The notes beneath the pieces are model-generated. The model had not been told where the DNA came from. It searched no databases and saw only the letters and a list, made by a program, of their open reading frames with translations. Below, one piece after another: positions 38,950-52,648 of a stretch of 64,000 nucleotides of DNA. Every line of letters begins with the position of its first letter. Position 1 is the first letter of the stretch. Origin of the DNA: Octopus sinensis. Lineage: Eukaryota. The DNA is taken from assembly GCF_006345805.1 (NCBI RefSeq), contig NW_021833427.1:1-64000 (forward strand), read 5' to 3'. Made by a program: the position numbers and the translations under genes.

Positions 38950-39444
38950 TTTCTCTCTCATAATTTCTCAACTCAGAGTGATTAACAAAGATGACAACTC
39001 CAAGATGTTTTATTCAAATAAATCATTTCATATTTCGAAAAGAAGAAAAAAAACTAAATTAAACAGAAACGAAAACTAGACAGAAAAAAAAAGATGTTTG
39101 TATAGTTTTTCCCAGAATCCATTGCAAAGTGATGTCACTGCAGCCATATTTGAATTTAAAACCGATTTTTTTCTCAGATATTTTAACAACTTAAAAATAT
39201 ATTTTAGAAAGCAAACAAAAATATTTTAACAACGAATTTCTAAATATTTACTATATTTTCGGCCTCGGGGAAGATTTATGTGAATGATGATTTAAAGTTA
39301 GATTAAATATTCTGCTCTAATTAAAATATATTTAATTAGAAAATGTCATTTTCTCTTATTTTTTAGTCAATACAGTACATTTCTTTCTGGTTAAGCTGTG
39401 CAGGTCATTGACCTCATTGTTATTGTTGCAGTTGTTGTTGCTGT

Positions 39445-39716
39445 TGCTGTTGAGCGGTCCGAACCGTGGTCCTTTGCTATTCGTAAGACCCGCAGAAGAG
39501 AAAGCAGGTCAACCCCCGACACCGAGAGCATCGACGGATGGACGAATGCGCAACCAGGCTCAGAGGTTGCGTAGGAAGTCGCCACCACCCCTTGCCGGAG
39601 CCTAGTGAAGCTTTAGGTGTTTTTGCTCAATAACGCCAAACGCCCGGTTTGGGAATCGAAACCGCGATCCTCCGACCGCGAGTCCGCTGCCCTAACCACT
39701 GGGCCATTGGACCTCC
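39445..39716 (-). mobile_element. SINE family C2 (C-type head, different 3' body)
   Basis: Head as in C1; body is the reverse complement of ~56195-56330. Confidence 0.8.
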
Positions 39717-39820
39717 ACTGTTGTTGCTGTTGATCTTCCTGGACGGAGAAGACTTATGAACAAAGATGTTCCAGTCAACAACATTCCGCCCTTCTCTTGT
39801 ATGCTGTATGTCTAAAATTA

Positions 39821-40320
39821 CTGTAGGGATTCGAACACTAACCGCAAGATATTCAGTTAGGGATCACGAGTGAGCCACCACAGTTTCACGTGATCGGTCT
39901 AAAACTCGACCAATGAGCGTAAAGCCGTGGCGTGATATAGCTCCTCGGATGCTCTAAAATTCGCCTTTTTTTGCCCACCCTATAAGAACTGTTTGGCTCC
40001 GTACTCGGCCAGACGGCCTCGAGCATTCGCACCGACTATCTCGAGTACTCAAAGAAGACAGACCGCTAAGACCAGAGCACCTAAAGCGCTCGGACGACCC
40101 CCACCTCGAGAAAGAAACGACTTCGGACACTCACACACGTCGTATCACAGCTAGCCTTCCACAAGACACAGCGCGGTTTCCTCCTTCCACCCAGTGATTA
40201 TCGATATCTTTCTGTTATGTAAACAGTCAAATCATTAAATCATGTCCGGCAATAAACATGTTAAAAGTTTAAAATTCGCGAGTTTCTTTATTTATTATAC
40301 ACGCAACCAAGCTCGACCGC
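39821..40320 (+). mobile_element. Putative solo-LTR-like CpG-rich element
   Basis: TG start, TCACGTGA, CCAAT, TATAAGA and downstream AATAAA in LTR-like order; homologous to 40785-41060. No TSD or CA end confirmed. Confidence 0.35.
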
Positions 40321-40784
40321 ACCCCCATCACCACCACCACCACCACGATGGCATTCAACAACGCAACACACACCAACAAGCCACCACCACAACGATGGTA
40401 GTCAATCACTTCCCACGACATAGTAACCAAGCTATCTTATCGAAACTACTTTAGACCATTTCCTCTTTCAAGATCGTATGACGCAGTTTGAGAGCGATTA
40501 GACAGCTATTTCTCGCAAGTCAAGCAAGTACATGACTCATGTTTTACAGTTTAATTTTGACTCAATAAAGGAAAGAATAAAGCAGGAGGGGGTTATAGTT
40601 TGAGTATCGGCTTTCTCTGGTTAGTATTTGAAAAAGTCTATGAAGGAATTTTGTAGTTTTTATATTTGCTATTGTGTCTCCAAGTCAGTCCTGATCCAGA
40701 AGGTTTATGGCAAAAACCATTTCAACAATCACTGTCATATTTCTTCTTTCTTTAAACATAGTACACCTAGGGCTATATAACGGA

Positions 40785-41060
40785 AATTCGGAACCGAATC
40801 TCTGGATACGCGGTCAGACATCACGAGCAAACCACAGTAGTTTCACGTGATCGGTCTACCAAGCAACCCATCGGTATCAAGCCGTCGCGTGATTTCATCT
40901 TCTAGAATATGCTTCTTGAGCCCTATGAAAAGGCCACTTTTGGCGGTAATTAATTGCAGAACGTTGAGGCCGCTGAGTGAGATGTTTCCATTCTTGCCAC
41001 ACCAGACAGTCCACGCAGACAACGCAGACAGATTAACAGGAACCTCCTGTTAATATAACA
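40785..41060 (+). mobile_element. Second diverged LTR-like element related to 39821-40320
   Basis: Shares ATCACGAG..AGTTTCACGTGATCGGTCTA..AAGCCGT(G/C)GCGTGAT..CCCTAT. Confidence 0.35.
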
Positions 41061-41429
41061 CAACTGTTTCTAGTTATGTTGGGCAGGCCACATGATTACC
41101 CTATCATTAGCGTGCCGTAAACTCCAGGCAGTATATCTCTCTCTCCAAGTACGTAATTATTGCTGTTGCTATCTGTAAAAGGGCAACACAGCTTGTCGTT
41201 GTGTGCGATAATAAAATCTTGTTAAATGTTCTCATTTGCTGTTGAGTTCCTTCTTCACTCAGCGCAAGACGCATATTTTCATTCATCAGCTCAACCAGTC
41301 ATTGCCACAGACCAGACCAGACCAGACCACAGCTCACACAACCCTTCAAGCGACAGCTACATTATCTAATGTACCTTCCCCTGTCTACATTTCTGCGAGT
41401 AAAACAGAAATTCTTTCTCGGCACTCTGG

Positions 41430-41587
41430 ACGAAATGCTTAGCGGTATTTCGCCTGTCGCTACGTTCTGAGTTCAAATTTTGCCGAGGTCGACTTTGCCT
41501 TTCATCCTTTCGGGATCGATAGATTAAGTACCATTTGCGTACTGAGGTCGATCTAATCGACTAGCTCCCTCCCAAAAAATTTCAGGC
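41430..41587 (+). mobile_element. SINE-B variant, 5'-truncated
   Basis: GAAATGCTTAGCGGTATTTCG..GAGGTCGACTTTGCC..GTAGAAAAGAA. Confidence 0.82.
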
Positions 41588-42114
41588 CTTGTGCCTAGAG
41601 TAGAAAAGAAATTCTTTCTCGGGTACATCATCGATCTTCTAATATAGACAGAGGACTGTTGGCTTAGCCCTGTCAACAGCGGTACCTTACCTTAGAGGTA
41701 CCATAGATATAACTACAACACTATATATGAACGTTACTGCCCTCGCTCTTTCTATCAACAATGACATTTACAGTAGGGGTACTTTAGAGAGAACTATGAC
41801 AGTGGTACAGTAAACAATATCAATGACCTAACTAAATCAACAGTACGCTGCCCTACATCAATAAAACCATCCGCTGACACTCCTTTAATATAACAGTACC
41901 ACTGACCCAAATCAATTCGAGCAGGTTTGGTATGATTCGCAGCCTGTAGCCGGAATATTTTCCGACTTTAAAATAGGAAACTAATCAGAATGTTTTCGCT
42001 GTGATTGTCACATCGTGTAATGCTGTTACGGATTGCAACAAGCAAGCGACAAAGGAATCCCTTCGAGGTTTTCTGACGTGCTAGAGATAGCAGCCAAATG
42101 TCTTTTGAGTTTTA

Positions 42115-42379
42115 CTTATTTCAGCCACTAGACCGCGGCCGTACTGGAGCACCGCCTTGAGAAATTTTAGTCGAACGAATCGACGCCAGAACTTTCATTT
42201 TTTTTTTTTTGCCTGATACTTATGCTAGTGGTATCTCTTTTGCCGAACCGCTAAGTTACAGGGACGTACACAAATCAACACCGGTGTTCAAGCGGTGGTG
42301 GGGCACAAACACACACACACACATACATATACATATATGTGTGTGTGTGTGTATATATATATATAACAAATAATGTATG

Positions 42380-42420
<41 letters not shown>

Positions 42421-42428
42421 TATATATA

Positions 42429-42460
<32 letters not shown>

Positions 42461-42923
42461 ATATATACGTGCATATATGGGTAGAGGACATCACCAACAG
42501 TGCAAATAACATGAAATACGCAAACAACGAGAAAAAATGGAAAACAGAACAAGTAAACACAGAGAAAGGACCCATCATATATATGGTTCAAATTTACAGA
42601 AAACAAAAGACAAAGACAGGTGAGGGACCAACAGACAGGTGTATTAGTTGACGCTCAGAAATATAGAAAAGTCTTTGACGTTTCGAGCCTAGCTCTTCGA
42701 CACGTGTATATATATATAATATTATATATATATATATAATATATATATCTATATATATATATGTATATGTATATATGTATATGTATATATATATATGTAT
42801 ATAGTATATATGTATGCGTATATATATATATATAATATATATATATATATATGTATATATTATATATATATGTATGTATATATATATTAAATTATGTATA
42901 ATATATATATATATGTATGTATT

Positions 42924-42967
<44 letters not shown>

Positions 42968-43188
42968 TATGCAACACACATGTAATATACATATACATAT
43001 ATATATATATATATTATATATTTATATGTTGGGCTTTTATCAGTTTCCATCAACCAAATTCTCTCGTGTAGCTTTGGTTGGCCCGAGATTATAGTAAAAG
43101 ACACTTGCCCAAGGTTCCACGCGGTCCGACCGAACCCAGAACCTTATGGTTGGGAAGCAAGCTTCTTACCGCACAGCTATGCCCACAC
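42115..43188 (-). mobile_element. Decayed SINE-A split by an expanded internal microsatellite containing a PLE module
   Basis: Tail half 42115-42310, head half 43030-43188, PLE-type module at 42480-42700 between them. Confidence 0.65.
42480..42700 (-). mobile_element. PLE-derived module
   Basis: Minus GAAGAGC-TAG-GCTCGAAACGTCAAAGACTTTT at 42698->42667, then CTGAGCGTCAACTAATAC. Confidence 0.6.
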
Positions 43189-43421
43189 CTGTTTCCCTCA
43201 AATTTCACTCTACTCTGACTTTAAAGACGAGATCCACTCCAATCTACATACTTCTACTCATTCAAAACAATTCCGTTTAATATCTAAATTGCAATGAAAG
43301 ATTCTTGTTTCTTGATTGGAAACCGACTTTTCCTCCGTTGAGGAGAAATTCGAGAAATAAAACCAAGAACAGTTATACACATCAGTGTGGTCGTTCACTC
43401 GCACACACACACAAACACACA

Positions 43422-43489
<68 letters not shown>

Positions 43490-44032
43490 ATATTACACAC
43501 AAGCACACAAATACAAACACACAAACACACACATATACATACAAGCACACACAAACACAAACATACACACACACACACATACATATACACACACAAAACT
43601 ACAAACACATTCACGCACTAACACATAGATACACTAACCTACATATACACACATATACACACACAGAAATTTTCTCCCCTTCTCCACTGCTCTCTCCAAA
43701 ACCCTTTCTTTCTTTCGTTCTTCCTCCCTCTCCCCCTCTTCTCTCACAATCAGCAATACGACCCCGCCCCCTCGCCTTATCGATATTCAACCAACAAAGT
43801 GCATCGATCTATTTCTGGATCACTTGTAACAATGCTGATCATCACACAACCACCGCAAAAATCGATCTATCTGTCACGTGGTAGAATTAGATAAGTGTGA
43901 TATAGTATTCAAGTTTTTCAGCTGAACCAGGTTTTGGTTTTAGGACGAAAAGCTTAAAAGCTTAATATGAGAGAAACATTTCCATACCCCCAAGATGTCG
44001 ATACCAGTAATATACTGGGATTTATACCTCTT

Positions 44033-44272
44033 TTGGCGGCGAGCTGGCAGAAACGTTAGCACGCCGGGCGAAATGCGTAGCCGTATTTCGTCTGCCGTTA
44101 TGTTCTGAGTTCAAATTCCGCCGAGGTCGACTTTGCCTTTCATCTTTTCGGGGTCGATAAATTAAGTACCAGTTACGCACTGGGGTCGATGTAATCGACT
44201 TAATCCCTTTGTCTGTCCTTGTTTGTCCCCTCTATGTTTAGCCCCTTGTGGGTAATAAAGAAATAGGTATTT
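44033..44272 (+). mobile_element. SINE family B, full-length, with GGTATTT read-on after the tail
   Basis: GGCGGCGAGCTGGCAGAAACG..AATAAAGAAATAGGTATTT. Confidence 0.9.
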
Positions 44273-44531
44273 ATAACTCTTCTTCCGAAATGTCTGGCTT
44301 GGTTTCACTGATAGAAATTGCTAGAGTTTTCTTTTTCAACCGAATTTACTTTTTTTGTTGTTGGTGTATGCCCGTGTGTATCTACGTGTGTGTATGTGTG
44401 TGTGTGTGTGTGTGTCTGTGTGTCTGTGTCTGTGTGTGTGTGTGCGTGTGTGTCTGTGTGTGTGTATGTGTCTGTGTGTGTGTTTGTGTGTGTGTCTGTG
44501 TGTGCGTGTGTATGTGTGTGTGTGTGTGTGT

Positions 44532-44579
<48 letters not shown>

Positions 44580-46084
44580 GAGACAAGGCAAAATACATCC
44601 AAAATCACATACCAAACCAATCCATCGAAGCTGGTGGTCTCCAATAACAAACAACCCCAGAATCAAAATGTTTATTGTCCCCCCACCCCACCCCATTTTC
44701 CTACTTCTACCGCTTCTACATCTTCTGCTTCTGTAAACTAAACAACCTGGATGTTCTCTTTCCATCCATGACATCTCCGTGTTACTGCTTGCCTCCACCC
44801 ACTTCTGACAATCATTGCTCTAAACATCTGGCGGCTATATCTAGCAGATCAAGCAGTGGTTGTCACGTTAGTGTTGGTTATCCGTAGATCGAGCCTTATA
44901 AATGAGCAATGCCTCTCCAGCCATGACCTCTCTGTCAGTCTCTTGGACATTGTGCATTTGTGTTATCTAATATGTGCCCGGGGGAAATAAATTGGGGCAG
45001 ATTTAGCGGCATCTGTCGAATAATCACGCAGCGATTCAATGTCGGTTCTTGTTGCTGCTGCAGCTAATGCTGCTGTTGTTGTTGTTGTTGTTGCTATTAA
45101 AATTGTTGTTATTGTTCTTTTTGCCGCTGTTGTTGTTGTTGTTGTTGTTGCTGCTGCTGTTGACAATTACGATGAAAGAATAATTAGCGCTGCTGGAGAA
45201 GATCGTAAGGGAGTGGCATAGATCACGTGATACAAAGAGATCAGGAACAGGGACAGTAATTAGCATTAATTAAGGAGAGTTAATTAGAAAGGAGAGCAAA
45301 GTTGGGAATAGCATTAGATGTTGTTGTTGTTGTTGTTGTTGTTGCGGTTGTTGTTGTTGTTATTATTGTTGTTATTGTTGTTGTTGAACATGTTTTGTCT
45401 TCTCCAAACCGGATTGATCCTGTTAGGGTCAGGATGCCATTGGGTTTTCGTTAACACAATAGGGGTCGAAAGAAAGACGAAGTGTGTGGCCAGCTGTGGT
45501 TGACCATAGAGTGACCAACCGTGAATGGAAGTGTCATTTTGTAATGACCAGTATGGTTTTGTTGTATAACTACAAGATGTGGCCAAAAGTAATGATATCA
45601 CTGATGCAACATATACCGATAGTGACTTGGACGGAGCAAATGATAATCAAGGGGTGGTTGTAAACTGACCAATGACTGGTCAAAATATGGAGTATGAAAA
45701 GACTTTAGGAACTTAGAGATTTTATTATGGTAAGTCCTGAGACGATGAGAAATGGTTACGGAATGATCGGAGTCTTAAGTCCAAGAGGTAAAACAGCTCA
45801 CAATTGGGATTTTTCCATTTAAAAAAAAAATTTATTATATTTATTTATTTATGTACTTTTTTGATTTTTCCGAAACAGGTAGGAAGGGGTTTACTTCAAA
45901 TCGAACTCCTGGTCAGAATTCTAGTGACAGAGTGAATTCCAATGAAGATACCCGAGGTCCAGGTAGTAGTGTTAAAGGTACTCAGAGACCAGATTGTGGT
46001 GGTAAATGTACCCTTGGATCAGGTGGTAGTTTTAAAGCAAGCGGTTGATAAAATCTACCACCTGTGAAATCTCCTAAACCCTCT

Positions 46085-46245
46085 CTTTCTGACAAAAATG
46101 AGTTGTCCCTGTATTTTAAAGGGCCAGCCTTGTCACATTCTGTGTTGTGAGAATAATATTAAGGGTACACGTGTCTGTGAGTTGCTCAGTTAATTTCAAA
46201 AGCAGGCTGTTCCGTTAATCAGGCCGACTGAAACCCTTATCGTTG
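46085..46245 (+). mobile_element. SINE-C1 3' fragment
   Basis: AAAGGGCCAGCCTTGTCACA..GTACACGTGTCTGTG..AGCAGGCTGTTCCGTT matches 23440-23570. Confidence 0.7.
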
Positions 46246-47894
46246 TAATTGGCTGGATCAGAGACCGGTCAAGCAGGAACCAGAGAATCATTATTGAGTG
46301 ACCAGAGATTGGCCAATAGATTGTCTGTGACTGAAGCGAAATATTACAAAGAATGGAGTGAGTGAAAGGGGTGAAGAGGATATTGGGGAGAGTGCTGCTG
46401 TAGGGGTATTGAACAAGAAGTGACCAGAGTGGACATTGATAAGAAACCACCGATTAGCCATTAAGTAAACAGCGAGTGAGTAGGAAATTAACAAAGGTTT
46501 ATCAAGAAGAGGACTGCGTGGTCTGAGAGTGGCCAGGCAATGATCAGCAAAAACAATAGATGACCAACAGATAACTAAAAGTTGGTGGAGTACTCTTTGT
46601 AAAGATCAAGGGAGTATCAGAATGATTGCTGGACAATCAGATTGAGAATATTCTGGAAGACCAAAAGATATGAAGATGAACCGAGTTGTAGAAAATAGAG
46701 TAGTCTGGTACATTGCTGTTGATGGGAGCTTCTTTGACTTCATCGCCAGAAAACATGGATGTACCTGGATGTACCAGGATGTATCAGTTTTAATTCAAAC
46801 AACTACACCCTTTCATACCCAGCAAACTTTGAAAGAAATCAGAAATATATACCTAACTAGCGGGTACCCGTAGGCTTTCCAAAGTTACCCAGTAGATGTG
46901 TTCATTTTGATAATTAAATACTTGCGAAAAAATGTATCTAAAGGGATTGTCTCCCTTGCTCTTTTTGACCGGAGTTAGTCATTAAGATATGATTTATTAA
47001 GTTATACATAAATACAATTCATTAATAGTCAATTAAGATATAATGATTTATTCTGTTTTAGTATAACAGTATTCTTAACAATTCAAGGTTGACTTACATC
47101 ATATACCTTAGCCTCAACTTAACTCCAGTCTTTCCTATGAATATTACCTCATGTTGATCTCCATATATTCACTTATTCACAATGTCACAGCGCATGCGCA
47201 GCATTTTATTTTTCAGCGATATTTTCACCTCAACTTCATTCCGCAGAAAATGGTTTCGCTCAATTAACTGGCGGGTGGGGGAAGGTTTTCGCCGTTCCTC
47301 ACAATAAGAATGAGATTTTCTTCGCCACTTTGAGCTGTTTTTCTCTCCTCAAAGACAAACATCAATACCGTCGTTGCCAAAAACAAAGCAGCTTGTTAAA
47401 AGTGAATTATGTGGACCAAAGTGGATTTCGGTTTCAATGTTTCGATTGTGTTTCTTCTCAGCCGCTGATTGGATCATTCTATATTTAGTCAATGATAATG
47501 AGTTGTGTACCCTTGAAAGGAATCTCGAACCAATTCCACCAAACAATGGCTAATGAACTTCAAGATTTAATTATTTATTCCACAATTTGTTACAATCAAA
47601 CAGTTCCACGAGGTTTGGCCAACAATAAGAAATGGCAGAAAAATTCTATCGGAACTAATCGATAAGTCCGAATAATCGGTTAGAGTCATACTAATTGGTT
47701 GTGCAAGTGTGAAAATCAATATCGAATGTAGATCAAATATAATTGCAATTCCTACCGACACTGCGTTGGTACCTTTTGCCGCTAGTTTTGGTTGTTGTTT
47801 TACTTTTTTTTTTCTTTATTTTATTGAGCTTCTCACAATTTTATGCTTCGTCCTTCCAGATTAACCTCTCTTTCCTCTCCCTCTTTCTTTCTTC

Positions 47895-47925
<31 letters not shown>

Positions 47926-49025
47926 TTTCTCTCTTGTCAGAGAGCATCAGAAAGTCTCTTTGCCAATCTATAACAATTAGACCGAGAGCAGTGGAAGCAC
48001 TTTTCGGAATCTGTCGTATTGCGACGCATCTTGACGAAAGCCATAATAACCAAGCGCGAGCCATTCCTTCCCAAATTACAATCGTACAGCAATTAGAACT
48101 CACTGCTACAAAACTAGCGAAACACACAACAAGCATGCTATGCTACCACTTACTACTTCTTACAATGAGTTATACACCTTACTAACACTTATTTGTGTGA
48201 TTATTGCCTATAATCAAAGGCATCTCCGCCGCGACCATCTGTCTTCTCTTTTTTTTTCAGATACAACGTATCTAGGACTACATTATCAGCGTGTGCTTCC
48301 CATTGTTTTAAAGATAGTACGGTGTGATATGAAAGAGAGTTGGCTGCTATAACTAGCAGACCCAGCGACCAGGTAAAGGCACGACTTTATAAAGCCTATA
48401 TGAAACAAGGTCTGGGACGATGTTTTGGCAACGAGTTCTCTACCGATTCCCAGTTTCCAAACTGGGAACCATCAGAGAAAAGACTACCAGCCTGACAAAA
48501 CAAATTATATAAACTTAACCAAACACAAATTATAACGAAGGGGGAGATGATACCTCCACCTCTCCTTCCATGCCCACCTCCTAATAACTGAGAAATAGTG
48601 TTTATTTATTTGGTTTTTCTTGGCAAAAATAAACCAACTGACGTTGAAGTGTTTGTTTTGCCTGGTGTTTGGCGTTTATTTAGACAGGAATCGTCAAAGA
48701 AATCAAATCTTTGGTCAGGAATTAGAACTTGTTTAAACATTCAACACAACTTGAACAGTTTTTCTTGCAATCTTCACCGAAATTCTATTAAAATAGTTAC
48801 ATTTCTATATAGCTGTATGTGTGTGTGTGTATAAGTATGTTAGCGTTTCTTTGTGGGGTGGGGAACAGGTATGAGTTTGGGTGGTGTGTGTAGGAAAGAA
48901 TAGACGTGTGGGGGTCACTATGAAAGGAAAATTATGTTCATGCTTGGGGATGTGTTCTTGCACGAGTGTCGACGATAATTATTGTATGCATGTGTGTAGA
49001 TAGACAGACAGACAGACAGACAAAC

Positions 49026-49069
<44 letters not shown>

Positions 49070-49333
49070 GTAGATAGATAGATAGATAGATATATAGATA
49101 GATAGATAATAGAATAGATAGATAGATAGATAGACATTACACACACACACATATATATATATAAATGAATAAATAACAACAGGTGGATAATGTGCCAATT
49201 CACTTTCCTACACACATATATATACATCATATGTGTGTATATAATATATATATATATACATATGTGGTACATATATATATATATATATATCATATATATA
49301 CAGAAAATATATGTGCATGCATATATATGTATG

Positions 49334-49386
<53 letters not shown>

Positions 49387-49654
49387 GTGTGTGTGTGTGT
49401 GGTGTGTGTAATACATAGATACATATAAATATATATATATATATAATATATATGCATATATATCAATTATTTAGATAGATAGATTATATGTATGTATGTA
49501 TGTATGCACATTTATACATCTGTGTACGCGTGTGTGTTTAGTGTTTATACATAATAGCTTCTGAGTCTGTGAATTAGTTTCTTACAAAATTTCTACATTT
49601 CAAAATTTTTCTTTTTTTCTCTTAGTATTATTTATTCATATACAACGCGAAGAA

Positions 49655-49763
49655 ATGGAATAATAATAATAATAACAACAACAACAACAACAACAACAAC
49701 AATAATAATATAATAATAATAATAATAATAATGATGATGATGATGATGATGATAATAATAATA

Positions 49764-49806
<43 letters not shown>

Positions 49807-49850
49807 TGATAATAATAATAATAATGATAATGATAATAATGATAATAATG

Positions 49851-49882
<32 letters not shown>

Positions 49883-50138
49883 CATAATAATAATAATAAT
49901 AATAATGATGATAATAATAATAATAATGATGATAATAATTAATAATAATGATAATGATAATAATATAATAATGATAATAATAATAATAATAATGATAATA
50001 ATAATGATAATAATGATAATAATAATAATATAATGATAATGATAATAATAATAAATAATAATTAATAATGATGATAATAATAATAATAATGATATGATAA
50101 TAATAATAATAATGATAATAATAATAATAATAATATGG

Positions 50139-50181
<43 letters not shown>

Positions 50182-50225
50182 GTAATAGTAATAATAAATA
50201 ATATAATAATAATAATAATATAATG

Positions 50226-50259
<34 letters not shown>

Positions 50260-50309
50260 TAATAATAATAATAATAATAATAATAGTAATAATAATAATA
50301 ATAATAATA

Positions 50310-50349
<40 letters not shown>

Positions 50350-50353
50350 TAAC

Positions 50354-50387
<34 letters not shown>

Positions 50388-50412
50388 TAATAATAATAAT
50401 AACAATAACAAT

Positions 50413-50496
<84 letters not shown>
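49655..50496. repeat. (AAT)n/(GAT)n/(AAC)n array, ~840 bp
   Basis: Direct reading. Confidence 0.95.
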
Positions 50497-50835
50497 GGGG
50501 AGCATCATAGCCATGTGTTGAGAGGAATTCTTTAGGTTTGGATATTTCACATCTGGAAACATGGGTGGTTCTTTCAACATCCTTAAACAACCCTTATTCA
50601 GGGACCTTTTGAGCAGGATGGGCTACTCGACCTGAAGAAAATTCTAACTGGGCCCCACCTGTTTATCTTGATATGAGATCACCATGTCGCGCACATATGG
50701 TTGTGATGCATGTGCCTAGTGTACCCTTATCAGACGGGTAGTCATGATGGGTATACTGGGCTTCGTATATTTTACCCCAGTGCCACTTTGATGGCATGCA
50801 CTGCTCTCTCACTCAATAATAATAATAATAATAGT
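50497..50835 (+). mobile_element. Interspersed repeat G: probable LINE 3' end with (AAT)n tail
   Basis: Starts GGGAGCATCATAGCCATGTGTTGAGAGG (also at ~63824), ends CTCTCTCACTC-(AAT)n, and is embedded in AAT repeats. Clade not determined. Confidence 0.5.
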
Positions 50836-51199
50836 GATAATAGTAATTGAAGGAAAATGTAATTTCGCGTCGAAGATAAACGGTGTAAAGGAAGAACGTG
50901 AGGGTGTCTTTAACCTTCGCTGGTTTTTAATTAAATCTCCATATGTAATAAACAGTTTTGAATAACGAGGAGGACCTGTCCCGTCATTTTAACTGACAGC
51001 TGAGAGATTGTTAGGGGGGGGAGGGCGAGGAGGCGGCGTTTGGGTAATGTTTAGAATGGTATCAGATGGAATGTAATAATGTTTGTTGATTTCTTTAACG
51101 TTGTCCGCCGCCATATTTGGTAAGATACGTGATAATGTTTGTTGTTTGTTGGTTGTTTGTTGTTGTTGACAAATATTCCAAACTTGCATTAAAACATGT

Positions 51200-52000
51200 C
51201 TTTCAAGGAGAGTCACTGACCAGTGGTGAGTGAGTGAGTGAGGTAGGGATGGGGAGGAAGGAAGGAGAGAGTGAGTGAGAGAGAGAGAGGGGAGGAGGGT
51301 GGGAGAGAGGGAAGAGAAGGGGTGAAAGAGAATGAGTGAAAGAAGGGGAGGGAAAGAATGAGAGAGAGAGAGAGGGAAGGAGAGAATGAGTGAGAGAGAC
51401 AGGGAAGGAGAGAATAAGTGAGAGGAGGGAAGGAGAAGGAGAGAATGAGTGAAGAGAGAGAGAGAGATTTTGAGAGAAGGAATGAGATAGGGAGGGAGGG
51501 ATAGAATGAATGATAGAGGGAAATGAGAGAATGAGTGAGAAAGAAAAGAGAGAGAGAAGGAGGGAGGGAGAGAGAATGAATGAGAGAAGAAGGGAAGGAG
51601 GGAGGAAGAGAATGAGTGAGAGTGGGAGGGAAGGAGAGAATGCATGAGATGAGGACGGAGGGAGAGAATTATTGAAAGAGGGAAAGAAGGAGAGAATCTG
51701 TGAGAGAGAAGGGAGAGAGAATGAGTGAGAGAAGGAGGGAGGGAGAGAGAATGATTGAGAATGGGAGGGAAGGAGAGAATGCATGAGATGAGGACGGAGG
51801 GAGAGAATTATTGAAAGAGGGAAAGAAGGAGAGAATCTGTGAGAGAGAAGGGAGAGAGAATGAGTGAGAGAAGGAGGGAGGGAGAGAGAATGAGTGAGAA
51901 TGGGAGGGGAGTAGGAGAGAAAAAAGAGTGAGAGAAGGGGGCAATGAGGAGAAGGAGAAAGATGAATGAATGTGAGAGGGAGAGAGAGGGTGAAAGGGAA
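51200..52000. repeat. Purine-rich GA satellite with an internal ~139-bp tandem duplication
   Basis: GCATGAGATGAGGACGGAGG at ~51642 and ~51781. Confidence 0.85.
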
Positions 52001-52329
52001 TATAGATATTGAGGAATGATTGGAGGAAGATTTGGCTGCTATTTTCAAACAGATCCAACGACCACATAGACGCAGCCTCGGTGACTCCAACACTTCCGGT
52101 TTAAACCCATGCTGGTTTCTGCCGACTGAAAACTCTTCAGCTCAATTCATATCGATCTCAGAATCGATCGATGGGCAAACTCGGACTTTTATGATAACAT
52201 TTCTATAGCCAGGTACTCCTGGCATTGAACCCCCACTCCACACACACACACACTTAGAGGGGGGGAGCACAAGGCCCTCACATGGTTGAACCACAGAGGC
52301 TGGTGGTTCTCGTTTTCAGCTGAATAACG

Positions 52330-52441
52330 ACGTGAGTAGAAGTATCTTGTTCAAGGACATAATCTACTGCCCAGTCTGGAAATCGAACCTACGACTTTAC
52401 GATCGTGAGCCCAACACCTCTAACCACTTAGTCACGTGCCT
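52330..52441 (-). mobile_element. tRNA-derived SINE head (family K)
   Basis: Minus GGCACGTGACTAAGTGGTTAGAG..GGTTCGATTTCC..GTCCTTGAACAAGATACTT. Confidence 0.65.
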
Positions 52442-52550
52442 TCACAATCTAGCTAAAGTGGGAGAATTGGCCCTTTCATGCTGAATGGTAATTATCTAAA
52501 ACAAGGAGCAAAAATAGGAAGCCAGTAACCACCCCACCACGACCACCACG

Positions 52551-52582
<32 letters not shown>

Positions 52583-52648
52583 CATCATCACCACCATCAC
52601 TACTATTATTAATACTACTATTTCTACTACTGCTATTACTACTTGTGT

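Noticed and set aside
47355-47550. Acceptor followed by two open frames of 45-65 codons
   Set aside because: No donor, no recognisable domain, and the frame is ambiguous.
48261-48372. Apparent exon with strong acceptor and CAG|GTAAAG donor
   Set aside because: Stops in all three frames and the sequence is a copy of repeat family J.
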